Positions 19,560 to 29,656 of a stretch of 57,020 nucleotides of DNA are shown in pieces; within the stretch, counting starts at the first letter, position 1; the number at the start of each line of letters is the position of its first letter. Under the pieces are notes generated by a model. The model worked only from the letters and a program-made list of their open reading frames with translations, did no database searches and was not told the DNA's origin. Position numbers and translations under genes: made by a program. The stretch is from Candidatus Hydrothermarchaeota archaeon (GTDB taxonomy: Archaea; CAYFZR01), in assembly GCA_046760505.1 (NCBI GenBank), contig JBHIEG010000013.1, forward strand, positions 1 through 57,020. Reading direction: 5' to 3'.

Positions 19560-20375
19560 ATGAAAGAGATTGTACTTACGCCTAAAGAACTCCCAAAACT
19601 TCCCATACATGCAGAAATCATAAAACCTGACGCATTCGCTGGTAAAACAATAAAAGAGATAGGAGAATTGAAGGTTCAAATAGGCAATAAACAGACTGAT
19701 CTCTCAGAAATCTTTTCTGTTAATGGAGAAACCTCTGAAGATCCCTCAGATTTAAGAATAGTTATTGATGGAGACGTATCAAGAGTAAAAAGAATCGGAG
19801 AGGAGATGAAGACCGGAGAGATTTTGATCAAGGGAAATGCAGGCATGTTCACCGGAGCAAGAATGTCAGGAGGTACTTTGATTGTGGAGGGAAACGCGGA
19901 TGCATGGTTTTGTCAGGAGATGAAAGGTGGAGAAGCGATAGTAAAAGGAAATGCAGCTAACTACGTTGGGTCTTCATATAGGGGTGAATGGACAGGCATG
20001 AAAGGTGGAAAAATTACCATAGAAGGTAATGCAAAGAGCGACGTCGGAGAGTACATGTCAAGCGGAACAATAATAGTAAAAGGAGACGTCGAATATTTCG
20101 CTGGAATCCACATGCGTGGTGGAACCATCATTATAGAGGGAAATGCGCTAGGAAGAGTTGGAAGCGAGATGGACAAGGGAACTATCTTGGTTAAGGGAGA
20201 AATTAAGAATCCTTTGCCAGGATACAAATACGAAGGCGCCGTCAAAGATCCTGAAGTTGGTGGAATCGTCCATAAGGGAGAGTATCATAAGTTTATCGCA
20301 GATATCTCGAATCCCAAGGCAAAGGGAGAGATATACGCACTCGCAGATAAAAACAATCACCTTTTACCGAAATAA
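19560..20375 (+). CDS. fwdC: Formylmethanofuran dehydrogenase subunit C
   Basis: GDVSRVKRIG, repeated GxxMxGGxIxVxGNA beta-helix, SYRGEWTGMKGG. Confidence 0.95.
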   Translation: MKEIVLTPKELPKLPIHAEIIKPDAFAGKTIKEIGELKVQIGNKQTDLSEIFSVNGETSEDPSDLRIVIDGDVSRVKRIGEEMKTGEILIKGNAGMFTGARMSGGTLIVEGNADAWFCQEMKGGEAIVKGNAANYVGSSYRGEWTGMKGGKITIEGNAKSDVGEYMSSGTIIVKGDVEYFAGIHMRGGTIIIEGNALGRVGSEMDKGTILVKGEIKNPLPGYKYEGAVKDPEVGGIVHKGEYHKFIADISNPKAKGEIYALADKNNHLLPK

Positions 20376-20389
20376 AAGTAGGGTTTACC

Positions 20390-21346
20390 CTACTCCTTTC
20401 TTTTGTAAATTATTCCACCGATAACTGCGATAATCACCATCAGGGCGATTACAACTCCTATAACTGCGTAATTCGGCTTCTCCTTTTGCACTACAACTTT
20501 CTGTTTTATTCCAATTGCTCCTTCGGCTTTGCTTAACGCATCAAAGGCAGAATCAAGATTTTCTGCAAATTTCGCTAGGATGAATTTATGCCACAAAGGT
20601 GGTAGGGAGTCCTTAATCTGTTTTGCCTGCGATAAATACTGTTTTGCAGCAATAACATCTTTGCCCTGTACCTCAGCTTTTTTTATCTCTTCTTCCACCT
20701 TAATTATTTCCTTTTTTAATTCCTCACTTCGATTTAATATTTCCTTGGCTTTTTCCGGAATGTCTGTTGGAGCCACCCCTACCTCTTTGCTATGGCAGTT
20801 ACCGCAAGTGGATGGAATCTCTTCTTTTCTTAATATTCTCGCTGAATGTACCTGATGACAGGTAACACAACTAGGAGCCAACTTACCTTTAACAAGGGCA
20901 GAGTAATGCTCGCTTTGAACCATCTGATTGTATTCTTCAGAATGACATTCTCTACATTTTTTAGGCACATTTTTATAGTAAACCTCGCTTGTTATAACAT
21001 CCGAGGTTTGAAGTCCGATATGGGCATCTTCTTTCTTTGTTTTAGTTGGATCTCCACCATGGCATTTATCGCAAGTAACATCATTTATGCCGTGTACAGA
21101 GAATTTCCACTCTTCGTAATTCTCCATAGCCTGTCTTTGAATGAAGTCGATGTGACATTCAACCGAGCAAGATACCCCGCGAGCAAGGTGATCAAGTCTT
21201 ATCTTGTCGTAGTACTTCTCTCTCTCGGAAATTTGAGTAGTTAAATCTTTGTGGCAGTCAATACACGTATTTGAATAAACTACGGTTGGAGAGAGGATTA
21301 TTATCAAAAGTAAAGCGCTTTTCAGGTAAATTGACCTCGAAGCCAT
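20390..21346 (-). CDS. Secreted, C-terminally anchored multiheme cytochrome c (5 CxxCH + 1 CxxxCH)
   Basis: Signal peptide; CIDCH, CSVECH, CDKCH, CRECH, CVTCH, CGNCH; helical stalk; C-terminal TM followed by KRKE. Confidence 0.9.
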   Translation of the reverse strand: MASRSIYLKSALLLIIILSPTVVYSNTCIDCHKDLTTQISEREKYYDKIRLDHLARGVSCSVECHIDFIQRQAMENYEEWKFSVHGINDVTCDKCHGGDPTKTKKEDAHIGLQTSDVITSEVYYKNVPKKCRECHSEEYNQMVQSEHYSALVKGKLAPSCVTCHQVHSARILRKEEIPSTCGNCHSKEVGVAPTDIPEKAKEILNRSEELKKEIIKVEEEIKKAEVQGKDVIAAKQYLSQAKQIKDSLPPLWHKFILAKFAENLDSAFDALSKAEGAIGIKQKVVVQKEKPNYAVIGVVIALMVIIAVIGGIIYKRKE

Positions 21347-21409
21347 GGCACCACCGTGAAGTTTTGACTAAAATCTTATTGAGAATTATTTAAGGTTTTT
21401 CCTCGAGAA

Positions 21410-22288
21410 TTATTTTTGATCATGACACTTGGTGCAATCACTTATTGATGAATGGTGATCCTTTTTATCCGGATGGCATGCAAGACAAACATCTCTGGCC
21501 TCTTTTCTTATGTGAACAACATGGCAGCTTGTGCAGTCTCCATGCGCGCCTATCATGTGGAGCGTTGTATTCGGAGTCACATGACATTCCTTGCAAGATA
21601 GAGGTTTATCTCTTTCATGGGGTCTGTGACATAGCTTGCAGTCTGATTCTCTATGTGCTTGAGGAGTTATGCTCAGTATTGGGGCTTCTTTTTCTTCGTG
21701 GCACAGCAAGCATTCTTTTCTTCTTGGGAGTAGCGTTGTGGTTTCTTCTTCAGATGCCAAAAATTCATGACATGTTAAGCAGTGGAACTGCATCTTGCTT
21801 ACTTGAAATTCTATCTTATGACATCCGTTACAGGATGCTTCAGTGGGGATAAACCTGTGAATTCTTTCTCCATGGCAGTCCAAACATTCTTTCTCTAATT
21901 CTTCCACATGTTTCTTGTGACCCACCGTTTCTTTAACGAAAGGCCACCTAGGATCGTTTGCATAATGGCACTCCTCACAGTATTTACTTTCAACTTCTGC
22001 ATGTTTCGTTATCTCTTTAGGTCTCAGCACTATGAATCTGTACAGTTGAATCATATTCTGAGTCATACTCTGTTTGTGACACTCATGACAGTTAACTTCG
22101 CTGTGCTTGGTATTATCCCATCTATTCCAAGCCTTTTCCATTAAGTGACAAGTTCTGCAAAAACTTGGATCGTTTTCTACATAATCCATGGTGGTGTATG
22201 CGGTAACACTGATTATTGCTAGTATAAAGAGGAGCGCTACTATTAAAATCGAGAAGGGCTTTTTTGATGCCCTTACTACCGGATTCAT
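21410..22288 (-). CDS. Dodecaheme cytochrome c with N-terminal NapC/NrfH-like membrane-anchored domain (paralog 1)
   Basis: N-terminal TM, FCRTCHLM (CxxCHxM), 12 CxxCH counted in 292 aa. Confidence 0.9.
   Translation of the reverse strand: MNPVVRASKKPFSILIVALLFILAIISVTAYTTMDYVENDPSFCRTCHLMEKAWNRWDNTKHSEVNCHECHKQSMTQNMIQLYRFIVLRPKEITKHAEVESKYCEECHYANDPRWPFVKETVGHKKHVEELEKECLDCHGERIHRFIPTEASCNGCHKIEFQVSKMQFHCLTCHEFLASEEETTTLLPRRKECLLCHEEKEAPILSITPQAHRESDCKLCHRPHERDKPLSCKECHVTPNTTLHMIGAHGDCTSCHVVHIRKEARDVCLACHPDKKDHHSSISDCTKCHDQK
21447..21976. repeat. 530-bp direct repeat, copy 1 (inside cytochrome paralog 1)
   Basis: Matches 22576-23105 at offset 1129; sense and antisense translations identical. 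Confidence 0.9.
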
Positions 22289-22544
22289 TCATTCCACCCT
22301 TAATCCTAAACGAATTGATTTCTCCATCGATATAATCCTGTTATATGATTTTTTGCTCTCTTTCAATTAAAAATCAGTAAATTAGACTATAAAAATCTTT
22401 AGGTTCAATTCAAATTATTTTTAAATTAATTTTAGACTTATTTTAGATTAATTTGAGGAAAAAGGAAAGATTTCATGCTTCTAGGAACAAATAATTGAGT
22501 TATATTTTGATTTACCCATATTTTAATGTTCGGTAAAAGTTACG

Positions 22545-23426
22545 TCAAGAATGACAAGGTGAGCATCCTTTCATAGATGAATGGTGATCCTTTTTATCCG
22601 GATGGCATGCAAGACAAACATCTCTGGCCTCTTTTCTTATGTGAACAACATGGCAGCTTGTGCAGTCTCCATGCGCGCCTATCATGTGGAGCGTTGTATT
22701 CGGAGTCACATGACATTCCTTGCAAGATAGAGGTTTATCTCTTTCATGGGGTCTGTGACATAGCTTGCAGTCTGATTCTCTATGTGCTTGAGGAGTTATG
22801 CTCAGTATTGGGGCTTCTTTTTCTTCGTGGCACAGCAAGCATTCTTTTCTTCTTGGGAGTAGCGTTGTGGTTTCTTCTTCAGATGCCAAAAATTCATGAC
22901 ATGTTAAGCAGTGGAACTGCATCTTGCTTACTTGAAATTCTATCTTATGACATCCGTTACAGGATGCTTCAGTGGGGATAAACCTGTGAATTCTTTCTCC
23001 ATGGCAGTCCAAACATTCTTTCTCTAATTCTTCCACATGTTTCTTGTGACCCACCGTTTCTTTAACGAAAGGCCACCTAGGATCGTTTGCATAATGGCAC
23101 TCCTCGCAAACCTCATTATCGATTTCGGTATGCTTTTTTATCTCCTTCGGTCTGAGCACGATGAAGTTGTAAAGTTGGACCATATTCTGGGTCATGCTTG
23201 GTATATGGCACGTGTGGCAAGTTAATTCACTATGCTTTGATCGATCCCATTTTACCCAAGCCTCTTCCATGAGGTGGCACATCTTACAAAAATTTGGATC
23301 ATTTTCTATGTAGTCGTATGTCTTATAGGCACTAACGCCAATTGTCGATAGCAATATTGCTACTATTACCGAGAATATGATCAATTTCTTCCTCCATCTT
23401 TGTGTAAGAGGCACTAACGGACACAT
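22545..23426 (-). CDS. Dodecaheme cytochrome c with N-terminal NapC/NrfH-like domain (paralog 2)
   Basis: N-terminal TM, FCKMCHLM, 12 CxxCH counted in 293 aa. Confidence 0.9.
   Translation of the reverse strand: MCPLVPLTQRWRKKLIIFSVIVAILLSTIGVSAYKTYDYIENDPNFCKMCHLMEEAWVKWDRSKHSELTCHTCHIPSMTQNMVQLYNFIVLRPKEIKKHTEIDNEVCEECHYANDPRWPFVKETVGHKKHVEELEKECLDCHGERIHRFIPTEASCNGCHKIEFQVSKMQFHCLTCHEFLASEEETTTLLPRRKECLLCHEEKEAPILSITPQAHRESDCKLCHRPHERDKPLSCKECHVTPNTTLHMIGAHGDCTSCHVVHIRKEARDVCLACHPDKKDHHSSMKGCSPCHS
22576..23105. repeat. 530-bp direct repeat, copy 2 (inside cytochrome paralog 2)
   Basis: Matches 21447-21976. Confidence 0.9.
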
Positions 23427-23648
23427 TTTTCATCACTTTAGATTTTAAGAATCGCAAACAAATTATAATCCTGTTATATCTTTTTATATCCTATTTTATC
23501 GCATTTAAACGAAGATCGAGAGTAATGTATATAAAAGTTTTTAGGTTTATTTTGGATCAGTTTCATATCAATTTGAGATTTCAAAAAAGAGAAATTTAAC
23601 TGAAAGGACCATGTAAGCAAGAATACGCTATAAGAAAAGTATATTAAT

Positions 23649-24917
23649 TTATTCTGAAACAAGATCTCTGGCAAATTCTTCTGCTCTCTCTATAACTTCT
23701 TCCTCGTCTAACGTTAGAACTTCTCCGCCTCGCATCACAACTTTTCCGTCTACTATAACATCCTCAACATCATCTCCATGAGTTGCGTATACGATGTGAG
23801 ACTTTATACTGTGCATTGGTGTTAATCTGGGTATTTTTGGATCTATTACAATCAAATCTGCTTTTTTTCCGATTTCAATACTTCCTGAATTCGTTTTTAA
23901 TGCTTTGCCACCGTAAGATGTCGCCATCTTGATAACTGTATCTACTGGCATTGTAGTTGGATCTAAGGAATCTGCTTTCTGCAAGAGGGCACACACTTTC
24001 ATTTCCTCAAATAAGTCTAAAGTATTGTTGCTTGCTACCCCATCTGTGCCTAATGATACGGTAATACCCTTTTTAATCAATTTCTCTACCGGAGAGATTC
24101 CTGATCCTAATTTCATATTGCTTATTGGATTGTGAGATATCTTCACATCTTTTTCCTTCAGAATGTTTACCTCCTCATTGTTAAGCCACACACAATGAGC
24201 TGCTAGAACATCTGGACCCAAAAAACCAATATCATTTAGATATTCTATGGGATATTTTCCTTTTTCTTTCTTAATTTTTTCTACTTCCTCTTTTGTCTCA
24301 TTGAGATGGATATGTATCCCTACCTTTTCTTTGCTTGCTGCTTTCCTGACTCTCACAAGCATTTCTTCGGAGCAAGTATAGGGTGTGTGAGGGCCAAACA
24401 TCGGAATAATTCTCTCGCTCTTCTTCCATTTTTTCACAAATTTTTTGGCTGAATTGAACATTTTTTTTCCAGTTTCCTCATCTATTTCGAGTATTCCATA
24501 GGATAAAGCTGCTCTTATTCCAGATTCTTTTACCGCCTTTGCAACATCATCCATGAAAAAATACATATCTGCGAAGCATGTGGTTCCTGATTTCAACATC
24601 TCCAGACATCCGAGTAAAGCGCCATGATAGCAGTGTTTACCGGTCAGTTTTGCCTCTCTTGGCCAGATCTCTCTCTGAAGCCAATCCATTAGAGGCATAT
24701 CATCCGCTATTCCTCTAAGTAAAGTCATTGATAAATGAGTATGGGTATTTATCAGTCCGGGCATTACAATTTTATTTTCCCCGCCTATTTTTTCCTCTCC
24801 CTTAATTTCTCCGATCTTACCTATCTCCACGATTCGATCTCCCGATATTCCTATCGCTCCATCTTTTATTATTTCATAGGGTGTTAGGACATTTCCCATT
24901 ACCACCAAATCATTCAT
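23649..24917 (-). CDS. mtaD: MTA/SAH/5'-deoxyadenosine deaminase (MtaD/DadD-like amidohydrolase)
   Basis: PGLINTHTH, HIHLNET, AAHCVWL, SHNPISNMKLGSG, LGTDGVASNN; divergent from ahcY. Confidence 0.8.
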   Translation of the reverse strand: MNDLVVMGNVLTPYEIIKDGAIGISGDRIVEIGKIGEIKGEEKIGGENKIVMPGLINTHTHLSMTLLRGIADDMPLMDWLQREIWPREAKLTGKHCYHGALLGCLEMLKSGTTCFADMYFFMDDVAKAVKESGIRAALSYGILEIDEETGKKMFNSAKKFVKKWKKSERIIPMFGPHTPYTCSEEMLVRVRKAASKEKVGIHIHLNETKEEVEKIKKEKGKYPIEYLNDIGFLGPDVLAAHCVWLNNEEVNILKEKDVKISHNPISNMKLGSGISPVEKLIKKGITVSLGTDGVASNNTLDLFEEMKVCALLQKADSLDPTTMPVDTVIKMATSYGGKALKTNSGSIEIGKKADLIVIDPKIPRLTPMHSIKSHIVYATHGDDVEDVIVDGKVVMRGGEVLTLDEEEVIERAEEFARDLVSE

Positions 24918-24940
24918 ACAAAATCACCAAAGTTTTATGA

Positions 24941-26302
<1,362 letters not shown>

Positions 26303-26350
26303 AAATTAAAGATTTATATATGAATTACTAAGTCATATTTCTGTGATATT

Positions 26351-27301
26351 ATGGACAGAAACGCCTTGCTGAAGAGTACCTGTGAAATATTGCACAAAGC
26401 CAAGTTCATGGTTTCTGACACCTGCAAAATAAGACCTAGTTGTTTTGATCTCGTTGCGAGAAAGGGATTTACCACTTTGCTCCTCAAAATCCTGCACAAC
26501 ATAGACAGTTTTCAGGAAGAGCAAGGGTATAACCTCATAAAGATGGCAAAGATTATGAATGCCACTCCACTAATAATAGGTCACAGGACAAGAAATTGTT
26601 CGATCGAAGAAGGGGTGGTTTATCAGAGGCATGGAGTTCTCTCCATAAACATCGATACCTTTGAAGACTTAATTCTTAGAAACATCCCACCTCTAATATA
26701 TGCAGATAGAGGTGGTTACTACGTTCAATTGGACGGAGAAACATTGAGAAGGGAGAGGCATAAATCTAAGATATCTCTCGGAATGCTGGGAGAGATGATA
26801 GGCGTTTCAAGGAGAACCATATACAAGTACGAGAAGGGAATGACCAGTGCTACATACGAAACCGCATTAAAAATTGAAGAAATATTCGACACTCCTTTGG
26901 TTAAGCCTGTAGATATACTTGCGGTTCCGAAAGCGTTGGATGTTGAGAGGGATATCCCTCAGATCAACGATAGACTAGAAAAAATTGCAATAAAGAAACT
27001 GCTCGATCTGGGTTTTGATGTTGTAAAAACAGAAAAAACTCCATTCAACGCTCTCACAAGCAAAAAAGAAGTGATTGTGCTTACTGGAATCTCGAAGTAT
27101 GACGTACAGAACCTAAAGAAAAGGATAAAAATAGTTGGAAGTATATCCTCTGTTTTAGATTCTGAGGCTCTATTCATAATAGATACTAAAAAGAAAATTA
27201 AACCATCAATTTTAGACATACCACTACTCATTCTTGAGGACTTATTTAGATTGGATGAAGCAGATGAACTGTTAGAGTTTGTGTATAGGAGGAAAGGTTA
27301 G
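26351..27301 (+). CDS. Archaeal HTH transcriptional regulator (COG1395 type)
   Basis: SCFDLVARK, LLKILHNIDS, ADRGGYYV, GVSRRTIYKYE. Confidence 0.85.
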   Translation: MDRNALLKSTCEILHKAKFMVSDTCKIRPSCFDLVARKGFTTLLLKILHNIDSFQEEQGYNLIKMAKIMNATPLIIGHRTRNCSIEEGVVYQRHGVLSINIDTFEDLILRNIPPLIYADRGGYYVQLDGETLRRERHKSKISLGMLGEMIGVSRRTIYKYEKGMTSATYETALKIEEIFDTPLVKPVDILAVPKALDVERDIPQINDRLEKIAIKKLLDLGFDVVKTEKTPFNALTSKKEVIVLTGISKYDVQNLKKRIKIVGSISSVLDSEALFIIDTKKKIKPSILDIPLLILEDLFRLDEADELLEFVYRRKG

Positions 27302-27340
27302 GCTAATTTATAAATACAATTTCCTTTTTCCATTGGAAAC

Positions 27341-27820
27341 ATGATAACCTTTGAAGACATAGGAATTGCATGCTGGTTCATACTTCCAGCGTATGGTGCA
27401 AACCTCTTCCCAGTCGTTGCGAAAGGTAAAAGACCTATAGATATGAGGAAGAATTGGATTGACAATAGGAGATTGCTCGGAGATGGAAAAACTATTGAAG
27501 GTACTTTATCTGGAATCCTTGCTGCTTTTTTAATAGGTTTTCTTCAGGATGATGTTTTCTTAGGTCTTATTTTAGGCCTTGGGGCAATAACCGGAGATTT
27601 GTTTGGTAGTTTTATAAAGAGGAGACTTGATCTTCCTCAGGGTTCTCCCTTTCCCATAATGGATCAATTAGACTTTATAGCTGGTGCTCTATTGTTTGCA
27701 GCCTTTTTTGTAGAACTTAATATTGAGACTGTCGCAATCATATTGATTATTACACCATTTCTTCACCTCATAACAAATAACTTCGCCTACAAGTTCGGTT
27801 TTAAGGATGTGAGATGGTGA
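27341..27820 (+). CDS. carS: CDP-archaeol synthase
   Basis: LPAYGAN, PID, LLGDGKTIEG, GDLFGSFIKRRL, DQLDF, KDVRW. Confidence 0.92.
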   Translation: MITFEDIGIACWFILPAYGANLFPVVAKGKRPIDMRKNWIDNRRLLGDGKTIEGTLSGILAAFLIGFLQDDVFLGLILGLGAITGDLFGSFIKRRLDLPQGSPFPIMDQLDFIAGALLFAAFFVELNIETVAIILIITPFLHLITNNFAYKFGFKDVRW

Positions 27821-28194
27821 ACAGAGACGTGTTAAAAAAAACCAGCATAATAATTTTAATTGGATTAATAGCCTTTCCACCAGCATATTATACAGGAGAA
27901 AAGTTCTCTGACCCTCCATTTAACGATGGAGAGTCAATACTGGTAAAGGGCAAGATAATAGGAGAGGGAAAAATGAGTTTGGGCCATGATGGAATTTTTG
28001 AGATTGAAAACATACAAGATTATCCTAGTAACATTGTGGTTAGAGGGAAGTACTTAAACGGACGCATTTACGTTGAAGAATTCCACAAACTTACAACACT
28101 GGAAAAATTAGGTCTCTCATTTGATTTTTTTGGAAGATTAACCATTATATTCTCCTTTTTAATATTTGTTTCATCTTTGATAAAGAGAAGATAA
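27814..28194 (+). CDS. Hypothetical membrane protein
   Basis: N- and C-terminal hydrophobic segments; overlaps carS stop. Confidence 0.6.
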   Translation: MVNRDVLKKTSIIILIGLIAFPPAYYTGEKFSDPPFNDGESILVKGKIIGEGKMSLGHDGIFEIENIQDYPSNIVVRGKYLNGRIYVEEFHKLTTLEKLGLSFDFFGRLTIIFSFLIFVSSLIKRR

Positions 28195-28210
28195 TAACTC
28201 TTAATAATTT

Positions 28211-28885
28211 TTAAATTCTCCATCGCAACTCTATCTTTCCATTGTGTAAAGCACTTCCAACCAAAACAGCGTGGATACCAATATTCTTCAATTTAAAAAG
28301 ATCTGTTTTGTCTCTTATACCACCACCAACAATGATTTCTTTCTCAGTTTTGGTTATGTATTTGGTGAAATCATCCCATATACCTGAGAATCTACCAACG
28401 TGATAAAGATCAAGAAGTATGAAACCTTCAACAAATTTTTCGAATCTTTCCAGTATTTCAAATGGATCTTTAAAGTAATTTTTAGAGGAAATGATTTTTC
28501 CTTTGTACATGTCAATGCTCATCAGAATATCTTTACACTCATGTTTCTCGAGATTTCCATAGTCTTGAAAGGTTTCTGTTGCGATTATTACTTTCGATGC
28601 AATTTCGGAGATATCTTTCATCTCATCTACTTTTTTTATTCCTGCATCTATCCATGTTTTTACATGACTGCTTATCTCTTCCAATAATTGTATTTGGACT
28701 TCGCCCCCTGTTATTGCATCGAGATCAGCAACATATACAATTGGAGCTCCCAAGTTTTTAATGAACTTCAGTGGGTCTCCTTCTGGACATAGTCTAGAGT
28801 TTATTACCTTATATTCATCTCTCTTTCCGCCAATCGCCCTTACTACCTTTCCATTCAGTAGATCTATTACAGGTACTATCTTCAT
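28211..28885 (-). CDS. HisA/HisF-related TIM-barrel protein (type found near C1-cofactor genes)
   Basis: MKIVPVIDLLNGKVVRAIGGKRDEY, YVADLDAI, VGGGIR, LVGSALHNG; start moved to 28885. Confidence 0.8.
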   Translation of the reverse strand: MKIVPVIDLLNGKVVRAIGGKRDEYKVINSRLCPEGDPLKFIKNLGAPIVYVADLDAITGGEVQIQLLEEISSHVKTWIDAGIKKVDEMKDISEIASKVIIATETFQDYGNLEKHECKDILMSIDMYKGKIISSKNYFKDPFEILERFEKFVEGFILLDLYHVGRFSGIWDDFTKYITKTEKEIIVGGGIRDKTDLFKLKNIGIHAVLVGSALHNGKIELRWRI

Positions 28886-28943
28886 GTTTTTTTGAAGATA
28901 AAAGGTTATATAACCCTTTATCGAGTTAGGTAATGGGGAACTC

Positions 28944-29654
28944 ATGCTGTTGCTCGTAAGCCCGAAGGATAAAAAAGAGGCAATTGAGGCTTACTCAGGT
29001 GGAGCAGATATTATTGACATAAAAAATCCAAAGGAGGGCTCATTGGGCGCTAGTTTTCCATGGTTGATCAGGGATATAATAAGTTCAATCCCTGCTCATG
29101 TGAAAACGAGTGCCACGGTTGGTGACGTGCCGTATAAACCTGGAACTGTATCGTTTGCGGCGCTAGGCGTCGCTGTTACCGGAGTGAATTTCGTAAAAGT
29201 AGGGTTGTATGGCACAAAAAACAAAGATCAATCATTGGAAGTCATGAAAAGTGTAGTGAGATCAGTAAAGGATTTCAATGAAGAAATAAATGTTGTAACC
29301 GCTGGATATGGAGACGCATTTAGGGTAGGAGCAGTTGATCCTCTAGAAATACCATCAATAGCCATAGAATCAGGGTCTGATGTTGCAATGGTAGATACTG
29401 CGATCAAAGACGGAAAATCCCTTTTTGACTTTATGAGCGTTAAAGAACTATACGATTTTGTGGATGAAGCAAAATCAGGTGGATTAATGGTTGCTCTCGC
29501 TGGCTCTTTAGGAAAAGGGGACATACCGCTTCTTAAGAAGTTGAAACCGGATATTATAGGAATAAGAGGGGCTGTATGTACAGGGGGGGACAGGGACAAC
29601 GGCAGGATAACGAGAGATGAGGTCAAAAAGTTCTTAGAATTAATTCGTGATTAA
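28944..29654 (+). CDS. mfnB: (5-formylfuran-3-yl)methyl phosphate synthase (methanofuran biosynthesis)
   Basis: MLLLVSP, GGADIIDIKNPKEGSLGA, SATVGD, MVDTAIKDGK, ALAGSL, GIRGAVC. Confidence 0.93.
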   Translation: MLLLVSPKDKKEAIEAYSGGADIIDIKNPKEGSLGASFPWLIRDIISSIPAHVKTSATVGDVPYKPGTVSFAALGVAVTGVNFVKVGLYGTKNKDQSLEVMKSVVRSVKDFNEEINVVTAGYGDAFRVGAVDPLEIPSIAIESGSDVAMVDTAIKDGKSLFDFMSVKELYDFVDEAKSGGLMVALAGSLGKGDIPLLKKLKPDIIGIRGAVCTGGDRDNGRITRDEVKKFLELIRD

Positions 29655-29656
29655 TT

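Noticed and set aside
22289-22544. AT-rich spacer with ATTTTAGA(C/T)T repeats as an origin or regulatory array
   Set aside because: Low-complexity AT-rich sequence with only two short copies; no ORB-like G-string or cdc6 nearby
21445-22981. Two near-identical plus-strand ORFs (135 and 134 aa)
   Set aside because: Antisense to the cytochrome genes; their identity only reflects the 530-bp repeat
21410-23426. Diversity-generating retroelement template/variable repeat pair
   Set aside because: The copies are identical rather than differing at adenines, both are coding, and there is no reverse transcriptase in the window
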